In this document: piece by piece, positions 1-11,571 of the stretch
How the letters are laid out: each line of letters starts with the position of its first letter
Position numbering within the stretch: position 1 is the first letter of the stretch
Origin: Gammaproteobacteria bacterium
GTDB taxonomy: Bacteria; Pseudomonadota; Gammaproteobacteria; CAISUE01
Direction of reading: 5' to 3'
DNA length: 64,000 nucleotides
NCBI GenBank assembly: GCA_021156105.1
Contig: JAJNBD010000002.1
Coordinates: forward strand, 198,416-262,415
Notes under the pieces: model-generated
The model's database searches: none
What the model was told of the DNA's origin: nothing
The model's input: only the letters and a program-made list of their open reading frames with translations
Program-made: the position numbers and the translations under genes

Positions 1-456
1 GTTGGGGCGCTTTATAACCGCCAATCAGCAACTTGGCAAAATAGTGGTGCTGCCGTTAAAGCGATTTTAAAACAAAATGGTGTCAATACGGATGGCATGG
101 TCATTATTGATGGTTCAGGTTTGTCACGGGATAACCGAGTGACACCAGACCAGCTTTCGGATGTATTAATTGCTGCCCAAAAGGATCCGAATATTGCTCC
201 TGTCTATCTTAAAGCGTTACCAGTTGGTGGTTTGAATGGAACATTGAAAAATCGCTTAGGAACAAAAGATATTATTGGCAAAGTGAAAGCAAAAACCGGT
301 AGTATGCATGGTGTTTCTTCTCTGTCAGGCTATGTTGAAACTCAAAGCGGTGAGGTATTAGTTTTCTCGATTATTGTCAATGACTTTGTGGGCGGTTTAT
401 ATCCTTATCGAGCGCTGGAAGATAAGCTTTGCCGCGTGCTGAGGGCAAAATATTAA
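1..456 (+). CDS. dacB: D-Ala-D-Ala carboxypeptidase/endopeptidase PBP4-like, C-terminal fragment (gene begins upstream of window)
   Basis: Frame open from nt 1; C-terminal S13/PBP4-like motifs (DGSGLSRDNRVT, KTGSMHGVSSLSGY). Confidence 0.55.
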   Translation, partial: VGALYNRQSATWQNSGAAVKAILKQNGVNTDGMVIIDGSGLSRDNRVTPDQLSDVLIAAQKDPNIAPVYLKALPVGGLNGTLKNRLGTKDIIGKVKAKTGSMHGVSSLSGYVETQSGEVLVFSIIVNDFVGGLYPYRALEDKLCRVLRAKY

Positions 457-461
457 TTCTA

Positions 462-495
462 AGGTAAGTTAGGTTAAACCTAACTTACCTTTTTT
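462..495 (+). terminator. Rho-independent terminator
   Basis: Perfect 14-bp stem aggtaagttaggtt / aacctaacttacct then T5. Confidence 0.6.
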
Positions 496-800
496 ATAGC
501 ACTAATGCCTAGCGTCCTAAGCGAGGGAAATCCACATCGCTTTGTACGTCAAAAGAAGGGGCTTGATTTTCTTTACTCGCTTCACTATTTTTTCCTTGAG
601 ATAGCGGGGATAAGGGTGCGATCGCTACTTTAGAGGGGCTTTGGAAGGGGCCTGGGCGCCAGTACGTTGTCGCAACTTTATAAGCTTCTGTAACATGCGT
701 ATGTCTAAAGGGGGTGCTGGGACTTTTCATATTAGTACCTTTTTTATTATTGTTGTGATAGTTATTAGTATAATTAAGTCAATCTAGTTACTGATTATAA

Positions 801-2882
<2,082 letters not shown>

Positions 2883-2891
2883 GCCTGGCGT

Positions 2892-2917
2892 GGGGCGTTA
2901 GTGGGTTAGCCCCTTTT
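2892..2917 (+). terminator. Putative terminator after ligA
   Basis: ggggc-N12-gcccc hairpin followed by TTTT. Confidence 0.45.
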
Positions 2918-2931
2918 ACCAAAATATCTAC

Positions 2932-4509
2932 TTAGGAATCTAGGCTAAACACGACCATCTCTTTATGCCCTAATTTTTCTCGCAAAATAAGTTTTAAATT
3001 TTGTTTTTGCTCATTTGGCAGATCATCAAATGTTTTTGCTTCTGTAATATATAAAGTTTTTGGATTATTGAGTGCCTCAGTAAAATCAATAGTCACGGGT
3101 TGTCGTAAGCTTGATAAAAATTCGATTGGCTCGGCATCGGGGTGGACTTTATAAAAAGTAACCGTGCTATTGGCAGGTAAATTTTGCATGACATGATTAA
3201 CAAAAGGCCTCACACGATTCAAGCTAATTTCAATGGGTTTTACCACAAAAATAATGGCGGCTAAAAAACTTGCCAAGCCAATGCCAATAATTTTTTTGGG
3301 ATTTCGGCTGGCGTATTCCATTGGGTGATGAAATAAAACATAGAGGCTTGCTAGCGCAAAAAGAATTAATGTGCAAAAAGCAGAAACATAATGTGCATTA
3401 ACCTCTAAACTTTTTAAGTGTATAACCACAATGGTTGCAATACAAAGCAAAATCAAAATAAAAGGCAGTGCTAAACAAATGATAGAAAAAATTTGACGAA
3501 TAATTTTTGCGGTTTGCGTATTCATTAACCATAGAGAAGCGCCAAGGAGTGAGATGGCTGGCATCATTGGCAGCGCGTAGCGAATCTTATGTGAGCCTGC
3601 AAGATAAATGCATAGAAGGGTAAGTGTGGTGAATATAGCAAAAGTATTAATTAAGGGGCGAGGAATAATGTTTAAAGGCTGTTTTGTATAAAATCCTAAA
3701 ACAATACCGATAACCGCAAGTTCAAAGGCAATTGCAAAGCTGGTCAGTGCATCTTGTAACACAGCAAGCAAAGAAAAACTTTTTGGATGCAAAACAGGGT
3801 TAAAAATCTGTACTTTGAAAACTTCGATAGCGAATAAAGTGTTACTTTGCAACTTTGCTGCGGCTAAAAGAAAAATACATAATGCTAGAAAAAATAATCC
3901 CGCCTGAAGGCTAAACTGCCTTAACATGAGCCAATTTCGGTGAGCTGTATAAAACGATAGGCAAGTTAATGCAGGTAAAACAAATCCTGCTGGCCCATCA
4001 ATAAAGAAGCCGAAAAGTAATGGTAAGAATAACCAAGTTTTTGCAGATTGACGTATTAATAGATAGAGCGCCCAAGTACAAGCAAGCAAGATAAAAGGCT
4101 CAGGGGTTAAGCTGCGAGCGGCATCAAAAAATTCATAAGTAAAAAGCGATAAGAGAACAGCAATACGACCCCATTCACGGTTGAATGGTAAAGCAATCTT
4201 GTAAATTAAAACTAAGGTCAGTGAAGACGCTAAAGCGCCAGCAAAGATAGCAGAAAAGGTCGTAAACTTGCCGAAAGCTAAAGCAAACAAACTATTAAGA
4301 AGCGCAAGTCCACTGACAGTCGCGGGATAAGGCGTGCCATAAGGTGTGGGGAAAAAGCTGAAGCCATTTCTGAGTATTTCTTGCGCAAAAACAGCGCTAT
4401 GTGTTTCAAAACCAACAAGCTCTCGCCCAAATATTCCATAGAGGAATAATGCTAGGCTGCCGAAAAAAATGATCCAAGGTTCAAGTTTACGTAAAATATC
4501 CATTAGCAT
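2932..4509 (-). CDS. Polytopic GT-C glycosyltransferase, ArnT/PMT_2 (GT83/GT39)-like
   Basis: 525 aa, more than 10 predicted TM helices; N-terminal loop ETHSAVFAQEIL...FPTPYGTPY resembles the ArnT ETRYAE..EM...PY.EKPP motif. Confidence 0.55.
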   Translation of the reverse strand: MLMDILRKLEPWIIFFGSLALFLYGIFGRELVGFETHSAVFAQEILRNGFSFFPTPYGTPYPATVSGLALLNSLFALAFGKFTTFSAIFAGALASSLTLVLIYKIALPFNREWGRIAVLLSLFTYEFFDAARSLTPEPFILLACTWALYLLIRQSAKTWLFLPLLFGFFIDGPAGFVLPALTCLSFYTAHRNWLMLRQFSLQAGLFFLALCIFLLAAAKLQSNTLFAIEVFKVQIFNPVLHPKSFSLLAVLQDALTSFAIAFELAVIGIVLGFYTKQPLNIIPRPLINTFAIFTTLTLLCIYLAGSHKIRYALPMMPAISLLGASLWLMNTQTAKIIRQIFSIICLALPFILILLCIATIVVIHLKSLEVNAHYVSAFCTLILFALASLYVLFHHPMEYASRNPKKIIGIGLASFLAAIIFVVKPIEISLNRVRPFVNHVMQNLPANSTVTFYKVHPDAEPIEFLSSLRQPVTIDFTEALNNPKTLYITEAKTFDDLPNEQKQNLKLILREKLGHKEMVVFSLDS

Positions 4510-4611
4510 GCTTCTTAAATTTTCTTGTATTATACTGCAATTGAAAATGAGTAGGGTGAGTGATTATTCCTCATGCTTTGCTTTTGGTGAAACTTTAATA
4601 ACGATGCTTTC

Positions 4612-6066
4612 ATGACGACGACTCGCTGGTTTTATATTTTTTTAATTATTCATATTTTATGTTGGACATTGGCACCAAGCTTGGTGCGCCATACGCTGCC
4701 AATTGATTCTAATGAGTCAACGATTTGGGCAAATCACTTGCAGTGGGGCTATGATCGGGATCCTTACTTTTATGCGTTTTGTGCAAAACTTGCTCTAGCG
4801 TTGAGCCAGCATGCCATGTGGGGAATGTACTTTTTTGGGCAGTGTATGGTTGGTGTTGCCTTATGGGCGATTTGGCGTTTGGCTAGCCAAATGTTGCCTG
4901 CTTGGCATGCCTTGGTGGCTGTCATGATGTTAGAGTTAGTGCAATATTACAATATTGCAGCGATAGATTTTGATGATAATGTTTTACAAATGACAATGTG
5001 GTCATTAACTTTATTAAGTTTTTATCAGGCATTAAGGTTTAATAAAGTATTACACTGGATATTGGCTGGCTTATGCGCGGGTTTAATGTTAATGACGCGT
5101 TATTATGCTGGCATTTTCTTGCTATCCCTATTAATTTTTCTAATCGTAGATAGTCAAAGGCGGCAAATATTTTTACAGCGTCATTTTTATGTGGGTTTGT
5201 TGTTTTTAATCCTTCCTAGTTTGCCACATTTATTTTGGCTTATGCAGCATCAATGGTTAACGGTGCATTATGTATTTGGTCGTATGGATGAGCAATCTAT
5301 GTGGGTGAGCCATATTGTGCAACCCCTGCATTTTATTTGGGCGCAATTGTTAGTATTTTTACCTGCTATCGTATTGTTTATGTCTCTTTGCATTGGTAAA
5401 GATCAAGGGAGAATTGTGGAAAGTAAGCAATTTAACTTGACGCACTTTGACCGCGCTTTTCTTTTTTATCTAGGCATTTTGCCTTTGGTCATAACGATTA
5501 GCCTTTCTTTATTAACTGGCTTTACTTTGCGTGTGCTATGGGGAATGTCGTTGTTATCCCTGGCGGGTATCATGTGGACAGCTTGGGTGCGAGTAGACCT
5601 TACCAAAAAGAATTTAGCTGTTTTTATTTCTTTAATTTTTAGTCTAATGTTGCTCATGGTAGCAGGATATGTCATTTCATTAACAAAATCAGGTGCGCAT
5701 TCAAGCGCTAATTTTCCTGCTGAAAAAATTGCACAACAGTTGACCACAACGTGGCGCCAGCATTACCATCAGCCCTTGCGTTATGTGGTCGGTGCGAGAG
5801 AATTAGCGGGAAACATTGCTTTTTTTTCACCAGATCACCCGACGGTCTATATTGATGCGGACCTTAATGTAAGCACCTGGATAAAGCCCGAAGCCGTAAA
5901 ACAGGCAGGGGCATTATTTGTTTGGGATATGAAAGATGGTATGCCTGCGGAATGGAAACAGCGTTTTCCTAATCTTATCCTACTTGCGCCCCAAGATTAC
6001 TATTCTTTGCAAAATCCAAGCGTTAAAGTCATGACGGTCGGTATGGCTTTACTGCCACCAGCATGA
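4612..6066 (+). CDS. Polytopic membrane protein, probable GT-C glycosyltransferase paralog
   Basis: 484 aa multi-TM, C-terminal soluble domain; arranged divergently from 2932-4509; weaker ArnT-like loop (WGYDRDPYFY). Confidence 0.4.
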   Translation: MTTTRWFYIFLIIHILCWTLAPSLVRHTLPIDSNESTIWANHLQWGYDRDPYFYAFCAKLALALSQHAMWGMYFFGQCMVGVALWAIWRLASQMLPAWHALVAVMMLELVQYYNIAAIDFDDNVLQMTMWSLTLLSFYQALRFNKVLHWILAGLCAGLMLMTRYYAGIFLLSLLIFLIVDSQRRQIFLQRHFYVGLLFLILPSLPHLFWLMQHQWLTVHYVFGRMDEQSMWVSHIVQPLHFIWAQLLVFLPAIVLFMSLCIGKDQGRIVESKQFNLTHFDRAFLFYLGILPLVITISLSLLTGFTLRVLWGMSLLSLAGIMWTAWVRVDLTKKNLAVFISLIFSLMLLMVAGYVISLTKSGAHSSANFPAEKIAQQLTTTWRQHYHQPLRYVVGARELAGNIAFFSPDHPTVYIDADLNVSTWIKPEAVKQAGALFVWDMKDGMPAEWKQRFPNLILLAPQDYYSLQNPSVKVMTVGMALLPPA

Positions 6067-6158
6067 GTGGCTCAGCTTGCCTAAAGTTGGTAATCTTATC
6101 AAAATCAAGCTAAAATAGAGAGCTTGTTTTTTTTAAAAATAAAAATTGGAGATTAATA

Positions 6159-6605
6159 ATGAGTAATCATGCAAGAAATTTAGGAATTGCGGCGACGATA
6201 GCAGGTGTCGGCGGTTTATTGTTTAAAGCTGGCCAAGTTGGTGTCGCGATTGTTGCGGGTAATACACCTGCGGCAATTAGTCATGGTGTTGAATTAGGGG
6301 TTTCTACTTTAGGAACGGTTGCGGCTAATTTGACTTGTGTGCCTGATAGCGTGCGTGCTGGCTTTGTTACTTTGGATGCTGTTGTCAAAGGAATTAATGC
6401 TTATATTAATGCCGAAGCTGCTGCGGGTTTGCAATTTTCGGGTGCAACGGCTCATCAATTGATAGAAGCAAGCCTTCAAATTGCTGGCACGGTTGCTGAT
6501 GGCGCTGCCGCGGCATTGCGTACCGCACAGACAGGAAGGGCTTATGAACAAACGAAGTCAGAATATAACGTCTTAAGAGAGCCTGCTCCACGACCAGCAT
6601 TTTAA
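6159..6605 (+). CDS. Gly/Ala-rich hypothetical protein
   Basis: 148 aa ORF with good SD (ggagattaataATG) and a strong terminator directly downstream. Confidence 0.5.
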   Translation: MSNHARNLGIAATIAGVGGLLFKAGQVGVAIVAGNTPAAISHGVELGVSTLGTVAANLTCVPDSVRAGFVTLDAVVKGINAYINAEAAAGLQFSGATAHQLIEASLQIAGTVADGAAAALRTAQTGRAYEQTKSEYNVLREPAPRPAF

Positions 6606-6625
6606 TGCTTGTTTTTTATTAAAAG

Positions 6626-6649
6626 ACGCGCTACGGCGCGTTTTTTTTT
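6626..6649 (+). terminator. Rho-independent terminator
   Basis: acgcgc-tacg-gcgcgt hairpin plus T9. Confidence 0.65.
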
Positions 6650-6695
6650 GTTGGTAAGCTTTTGACTATTCCCAGCCTCTTTTTCCTAAGGTATC

Positions 6696-7904
6696 ATGTG
6701 CAAAGAAAAAAATGGAATATTTATGACGATTGCTCTTGCTGCTCGCCTTGCGAGCGTTAAACCTTCTGCTACTTTAGCGTTAAATGCTAAAGCAAACCAA
6801 TTAAAAGCCCAAGGCAAAGATATTATTAATTTGGTCGTAGGTGAACCGGATTTTGATACCCCACAATTTATCAAAGACGCGGCCATTGCAGCGCTTGAAG
6901 CTAGTTTTACAAAATACACAGCGGTAAATGGTATTTTAGAATTGCGCCAAGCCATTAGTGAAAAGTTAAAACGCGATAACCAATTGGATTATGATCCTGC
7001 GCAAATCATTGTTTCCACGGGTTTAAAACAGTCTTTATTTAATTTAATGTTAGCTGTGTTAAACAAGGGGGATGAAGTGATTATCCCTGCGCCATATTGG
7101 GTTTCTTATCCTGAAATGGTCTTGATCGCTGAAGCAACGCCAGTCATCGTTACCGCAAAATTAGAAAATAATTTGCGTATTAATGCAAAAGATTTAGCCG
7201 CGGCAATTACCCCAAAAACCCGCATGATTATTTTAAATAGCCCTTCGAATCCGAGTGGCGTGGTTTATGGTAAACAAGATTTGCAAGCCATTGCTGAAGT
7301 GTTGAAAGCACATCCTCAAATTATCATTGCAAGCGATGACATGTATGAAAAAACCTATTGGAGCCACGAGCCATTCGTGAATATTTTGAATGTGGCGCCA
7401 GAGTTGAAAGATCGGGCGATTATCTTGAATGGTTTTTCTAAAACCTATTCAATGACGGGTTGGCGCTTAGGTTATGCGGCTGGCCCAATCGAAGTGATTA
7501 AAGCCATGGATATGATTCAATCACAAAGCACTTCATCGGCAAATTCTTTTACCCAAAAAGCTGGAGTTGTGGCGCTCCAGGGATCGCAAGATTGTGTGCA
7601 AGAAATGGCAAAAGCTTTTCATGCGCGCTATACTTTCTTAAAAAAAGAACTGTCGTTAATTCCAGGTGTGACCATCCCAGAAGCGGAAGGTGCCTTTTAT
7701 CTTTATCCCTATGTCCAGCCTTTGATCGATAAGTTAAGTTTAAAGGATGATATGGAATTCTGTGATTACTTGTTAAGTGAATTGGGTTTGGCTGTATTAC
7801 CAGGTAGTACTTGTGGTACCCCTGGCTTCATTCGCATTTCATTTGCAACCAGTATGAGCGCATTACAAGAGACTGTGGCGCGTTTCAAGAAGGCGTTTAC
7901 TTAA
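6696..7904 (+). CDS. Class I/II PLP-dependent aminotransferase (aspartate/aromatic aminotransferase-like)
   Basis: 402 aa; NLVVGEPDFDTP, SNPSG and SKTYSMTGWR motifs (the catalytic Lys is in the SKTYS context); true start may be the M at 6723. Confidence 0.85.
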   Translation: MCKEKNGIFMTIALAARLASVKPSATLALNAKANQLKAQGKDIINLVVGEPDFDTPQFIKDAAIAALEASFTKYTAVNGILELRQAISEKLKRDNQLDYDPAQIIVSTGLKQSLFNLMLAVLNKGDEVIIPAPYWVSYPEMVLIAEATPVIVTAKLENNLRINAKDLAAAITPKTRMIILNSPSNPSGVVYGKQDLQAIAEVLKAHPQIIIASDDMYEKTYWSHEPFVNILNVAPELKDRAIILNGFSKTYSMTGWRLGYAAGPIEVIKAMDMIQSQSTSSANSFTQKAGVVALQGSQDCVQEMAKAFHARYTFLKKELSLIPGVTIPEAEGAFYLYPYVQPLIDKLSLKDDMEFCDYLLSELGLAVLPGSTCGTPGFIRISFATSMSALQETVARFKKAFT

Positions 7905-7906
7905 GG

Positions 7907-9154
7907 TCATTCTGCCTTGGCTGATTTGCGATAGCTGCTTAATGAGAAAATAAACGCGGCTATGCTGATGCCGAGCAACACTAGGCCCATATCTTTTGGC
8001 TCATGATGAAAATATTTAGCGGTCATAAAAGAAAGTGAGATAGCTAAAATGGCTTGAAGTGTTCCCATAAAAGCGGTGCCTGTGCTAACGTGCCCAGGAA
8101 ATTTTTCTTGAACATTATTGCGTGATAAGACTTCTAACGTTGATTGTACAAAACCATATACGGCAATCAGTGCTAGTACCATAGGCGCGATGTTATGCTG
8201 CAGTTGCTCTGTGTAACTTAGCGTTAAGCAGGCTAGGATTGCGAGGCCGGTAGCGGCTAGTCTGGCAGCAAAACCGCCAATATGCGCTGCGATGGGCTTA
8301 ACCAATAACTTCCCTAAGAATAATCCCGAGACAAAACATAAAATGATAATCCAATAATAGTGCGCTGGCCATTGGTATATTTGAATGAATAGTAATGGCG
8401 TGATAGTGTAAATAACGGCTTGTCCTGCATAGATTAGGCTATAAGCAATAATTTCGCATAACGTGGAGAAATTTAAAAAAGCATGGTAGGAAAGTTTTTC
8501 TTGCTTCTGTACATCTTTTGGCAAAGGTTGTGAAGTTGGGACAAATTTTATGGTTAGCCAAATAATGAATACGCCAAATAAAAAGAGAAAAACAAAACTA
8601 TACTGCCAACCAAAATAAGATTGGATACAGCCGCCAATAAAGGTAGCTGTTAAAGGCGTCCAAACATTAATTAGTCCTATTTTGCTCCAAGCGGTGATAA
8701 AATCTGTTGGGCAGATTTCTTTAACGAGAGCGGTGGAAATGCTTGTAATGCACCCTACGCCAGCACCTTGAATCACACGGCCTATTAACATCAGCTTTAG
8801 GTTGGGTGTTAATGCAATTAATGAACCTAATAATGAAATAAAAAGAAAGCAAATTAACACTCTTTTCTTGCCATATTTTTCAGCCACATCCGTAAGCACC
8901 GTAAGTTTTGCCAATAATTTTCCCCCTAAATAAGCGGGGACCATTAGCTGTGCAAAAAAGTTAGGGGCCATGAAGTATAAGGCGATAGCGGGTAAAGAGG
9001 GAAGGATAATGGTTTCGATAAAATCCATATAAATTCGATTTAATTCGATCGCCCATAATTTACTATTCATCTTTTTTCCCCTCGGTGAACTAATATTGTA
9101 GCGTGTTAGTGAATGATTACTCAAATAGTCGTTTAGGGCATTGCAAGTAATCAA
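7907..9154 (-). CDS. MFS transporter
   Basis: 12-TM profile with MFS-like loops; start may lie at an internal Met (about 9070). Confidence 0.65.
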   Translation of the reverse strand: MITCNALNDYLSNHSLTRYNISSPRGKKMNSKLWAIELNRIYMDFIETIILPSLPAIALYFMAPNFFAQLMVPAYLGGKLLAKLTVLTDVAEKYGKKRVLICFLFISLLGSLIALTPNLKLMLIGRVIQGAGVGCITSISTALVKEICPTDFITAWSKIGLINVWTPLTATFIGGCIQSYFGWQYSFVFLFLFGVFIIWLTIKFVPTSQPLPKDVQKQEKLSYHAFLNFSTLCEIIAYSLIYAGQAVIYTITPLLFIQIYQWPAHYYWIIILCFVSGLFLGKLLVKPIAAHIGGFAARLAATGLAILACLTLSYTEQLQHNIAPMVLALIAVYGFVQSTLEVLSRNNVQEKFPGHVSTGTAFMGTLQAILAISLSFMTAKYFHHEPKDMGLVLLGISIAAFIFSLSSYRKSAKAE

Positions 9155-9295
9155 AAACTGCCAAGAGGAGTCAAGGCGAGTATTATAGTTGGATTAGATA
9201 TTTGTTTGTTTAGTACATAAATGTGGCGATATTTGAGAAATATTGCTTAAACAAGCGTAGCCAGCTAAAATTCTTTATTAACTTACTTTAAAGGA

Positions 9296-10309
9296 TTGCT
9301 TATGTCGAACCCATCAGTTTCAGCCGGCAACATCAAAACCATTAGTGTTTTTGGCGCAGGTTCTTGGGGGACGGCATTAGCTATTTATTTAGCGCGTAAA
9401 GCCTATAGCGTGATGCTTTGGCATAATGTGCCTCAAGATGTTGCGCGCATGAATGAAGTTCGGCAAAATGAAGTCTTCATGCCGGGGATTGAATTTCCCC
9501 CTAGTCTGGTTTGCGTAGACAGCTTGCAAGAAGCTGTTGAAAAAGCAGATTTATTATTAATTGTTGTTCCCAGTAAAGTTTTTCGTTCCGTGCTTAATCA
9601 AATCAAACCTTATGTCAAAAAGCATCAGCCAATTATTTGGGCAACCAAAGGGGTTGATGCCGAGTCTGGTCAATTAATGGATGGTGTTGCTGAAGAAATT
9701 TTTGGTCAAGAGGCAATTTTAGGCGTATTATCGGGGCCTAATTTTGCAGTTGAAGTTGCGCAAGGCTTGCCAGCAGCCAGCACTTTAGCTTGTTGCCATC
9801 AAGATGCATTGCCAGCATTATGCCAAGTATTTGAGTCAGATTTAATGCAAATCGATGGTTCTGACGATATGACAGGGGCAGAGGTTGGTGGCGTCGTAAA
9901 AAATGTTATTGCCATTGCCGTTGGTATCTGTGATGGCTTAAAGCTGGGTGCTAACGCCCGTGCGGCACTTATGACGCGTGGTCTAGAGGAAATGCTATGC
10001 CTTGGTAAAGCCTTAGGTGCTAAAGAAGAAACCATTATGGGTTTGGCTGGTGTTGGGGATTTAATTTTAACCTGTACAGATGATAAATCTCGCAATCGTC
10101 GTTTTGGTTTATTGCTTGGTCAAGGAAAATCAGCAGATGAAGCATTAAAAATAATTGGCCAAGTCGTCGAAGGTTACGCAAATGTACAAGAAGTAAAAAC
10201 ACTGGCAAAAAGAATGAATGTTCATATGCCAATTGTTGAAACAGTTTTTGAAATGATTCAACATCCTATTGACCCTAATCGAGTTGCTCTCACTTTATTG
10301 CAGCATTAA
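9296..10309 (+). CDS. gpsA: NAD(P)H-dependent glycerol-3-phosphate dehydrogenase
   Basis: N-terminal GAGSWGTALA Rossmann motif; overall GpsA architecture, 337 aa. Confidence 0.9.
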   Translation: MLMSNPSVSAGNIKTISVFGAGSWGTALAIYLARKAYSVMLWHNVPQDVARMNEVRQNEVFMPGIEFPPSLVCVDSLQEAVEKADLLLIVVPSKVFRSVLNQIKPYVKKHQPIIWATKGVDAESGQLMDGVAEEIFGQEAILGVLSGPNFAVEVAQGLPAASTLACCHQDALPALCQVFESDLMQIDGSDDMTGAEVGGVVKNVIAIAVGICDGLKLGANARAALMTRGLEEMLCLGKALGAKEETIMGLAGVGDLILTCTDDKSRNRRFGLLLGQGKSADEALKIIGQVVEGYANVQEVKTLAKRMNVHMPIVETVFEMIQHPIDPNRVALTLLQH

Positions 10310-10566
10310 TATTTTGTTCTTTTAATTACCTTGGTAAAGGCGAATTGCTTGCCCAACGGTTAAGTAATTTTGCTTTTGAATTCTGTTTAAAAATCACAGC
10401 CAGGGGCGGAAACGAGTGAGGGCGTCCGCTCCCTACTGATCACAGCTCTGATGTGTTATAAAAAATCATACCGTCCTAAATATTTTTAGCGCTTTAATTT
10501 CCTTCAGTTAGGCTTAAGCTTTCTTTGATAAAATGTTAATTAATATAATAATCATATATTTTTAAT

Positions 10567-11526
10567 ATGCCAAAAAATCATCGAGATTCATTTACTTTTC
10601 TTTTTTCACAAAAGTACTTAATCAGCCCTGCCAAAAAACTTGGTTTTGAGGGTGATAGATTTGAAAGAGGGGTTTGCTTTGGTCTAATGGTTATATGGTT
10701 TAGTTATATCAATGATGGTGATGATACACTTTTTTATGCAAATCTTAAGTTGTTGTTTATTTTGGATAGAATTAGGTTAAGTCATTCATCTTCAGAAATA
10801 AGTCCATTTTACACGTTAGGAAAGAGATTTTTGAAGCAAGTTGTAGAGGCTCAAGTCACAAAAGAAGGTTATCAGTGGTTGAAATCCATAGGGTTTGATT
10901 TGCATCTCGGAATTGATTTTGGCAATGTGGGTGAGGTGAAGGTGCGACAACAATTGATTATCTGCGCAAAGGCGCTCCTTTCTGAAAAAAATTTGCTAGA
11001 AATAGAGATTTATAAGGAGGGGGGAGGGGGGCGTCATGTGATAGGAGCTGCTTTGCGTGGAGGGTGGTATAGATTTTATGATGCAAATAATTCAGTCGAG
11101 TCAATTCGTTACCGTGACGTAGAAGAAGGGCTCACTGCAATGCTTTTTGTTGCTGGTGGCTTAGCTTTTGGATCGTTCGAGGAGACTATTAAAGTAAGAT
11201 TGTGTTTTTATGAAAAAAATTCTCAAGAAACATTAATGAAATTTATAGAGGAGCTCGAAAAATTTCCTCTTTATGTAGAGCATCAAGAGCTAGTAAGCAG
11301 GATGAAAGCTCATTCAATGCAAGAAATTTTTAGTGTATGTAAGATTTATGAGGTTTTGTCAAAAATAGCTGAGCGGTTGATAGCTAGTCCTCGTGTTTCC
11401 AGGGATAAAACACTATTAATCAGCTTAAATGAACAGATGAAACAAAGTGTACAAGCTTATCAGCTACCGCCTATGGAAACTGCTCAGCCAGTCCCAGAGA
11501 CATCGTTAATTTCTCATCACCGATAA
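10567..11526 (+). CDS. Hypothetical protein; possible papain-fold cysteine protease of the YopT/AvrPphB (C58) type, effector candidate
   Basis: G-V-C-F-G-L-M-x-x-W around a Cys, then His (RHVIGAALRGGW) about 120 aa later and YDAN Asp about 15 aa after that. This C-H-D spacing is as in C58 peptidases. C-terminal region is Glu-rich. Confidence 0.35.
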   Translation: MPKNHRDSFTFLFSQKYLISPAKKLGFEGDRFERGVCFGLMVIWFSYINDGDDTLFYANLKLLFILDRIRLSHSSSEISPFYTLGKRFLKQVVEAQVTKEGYQWLKSIGFDLHLGIDFGNVGEVKVRQQLIICAKALLSEKNLLEIEIYKEGGGGRHVIGAALRGGWYRFYDANNSVESIRYRDVEEGLTAMLFVAGGLAFGSFEETIKVRLCFYEKNSQETLMKFIEELEKFPLYVEHQELVSRMKAHSMQEIFSVCKIYEVLSKIAERLIASPRVSRDKTLLISLNEQMKQSVQAYQLPPMETAQPVPETSLISHHR

Positions 11527-11571
11527 CCAGGTTTAATGTTAAAATAACGCATCTTTTTAGATGCGTTATTT

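Noticed and set aside
509-730. 73-aa minus-strand ORF between the dacB terminator and ligA
   Set aside because: Low-complexity, weak SD, sits in a promoter/terminator region; probably spurious
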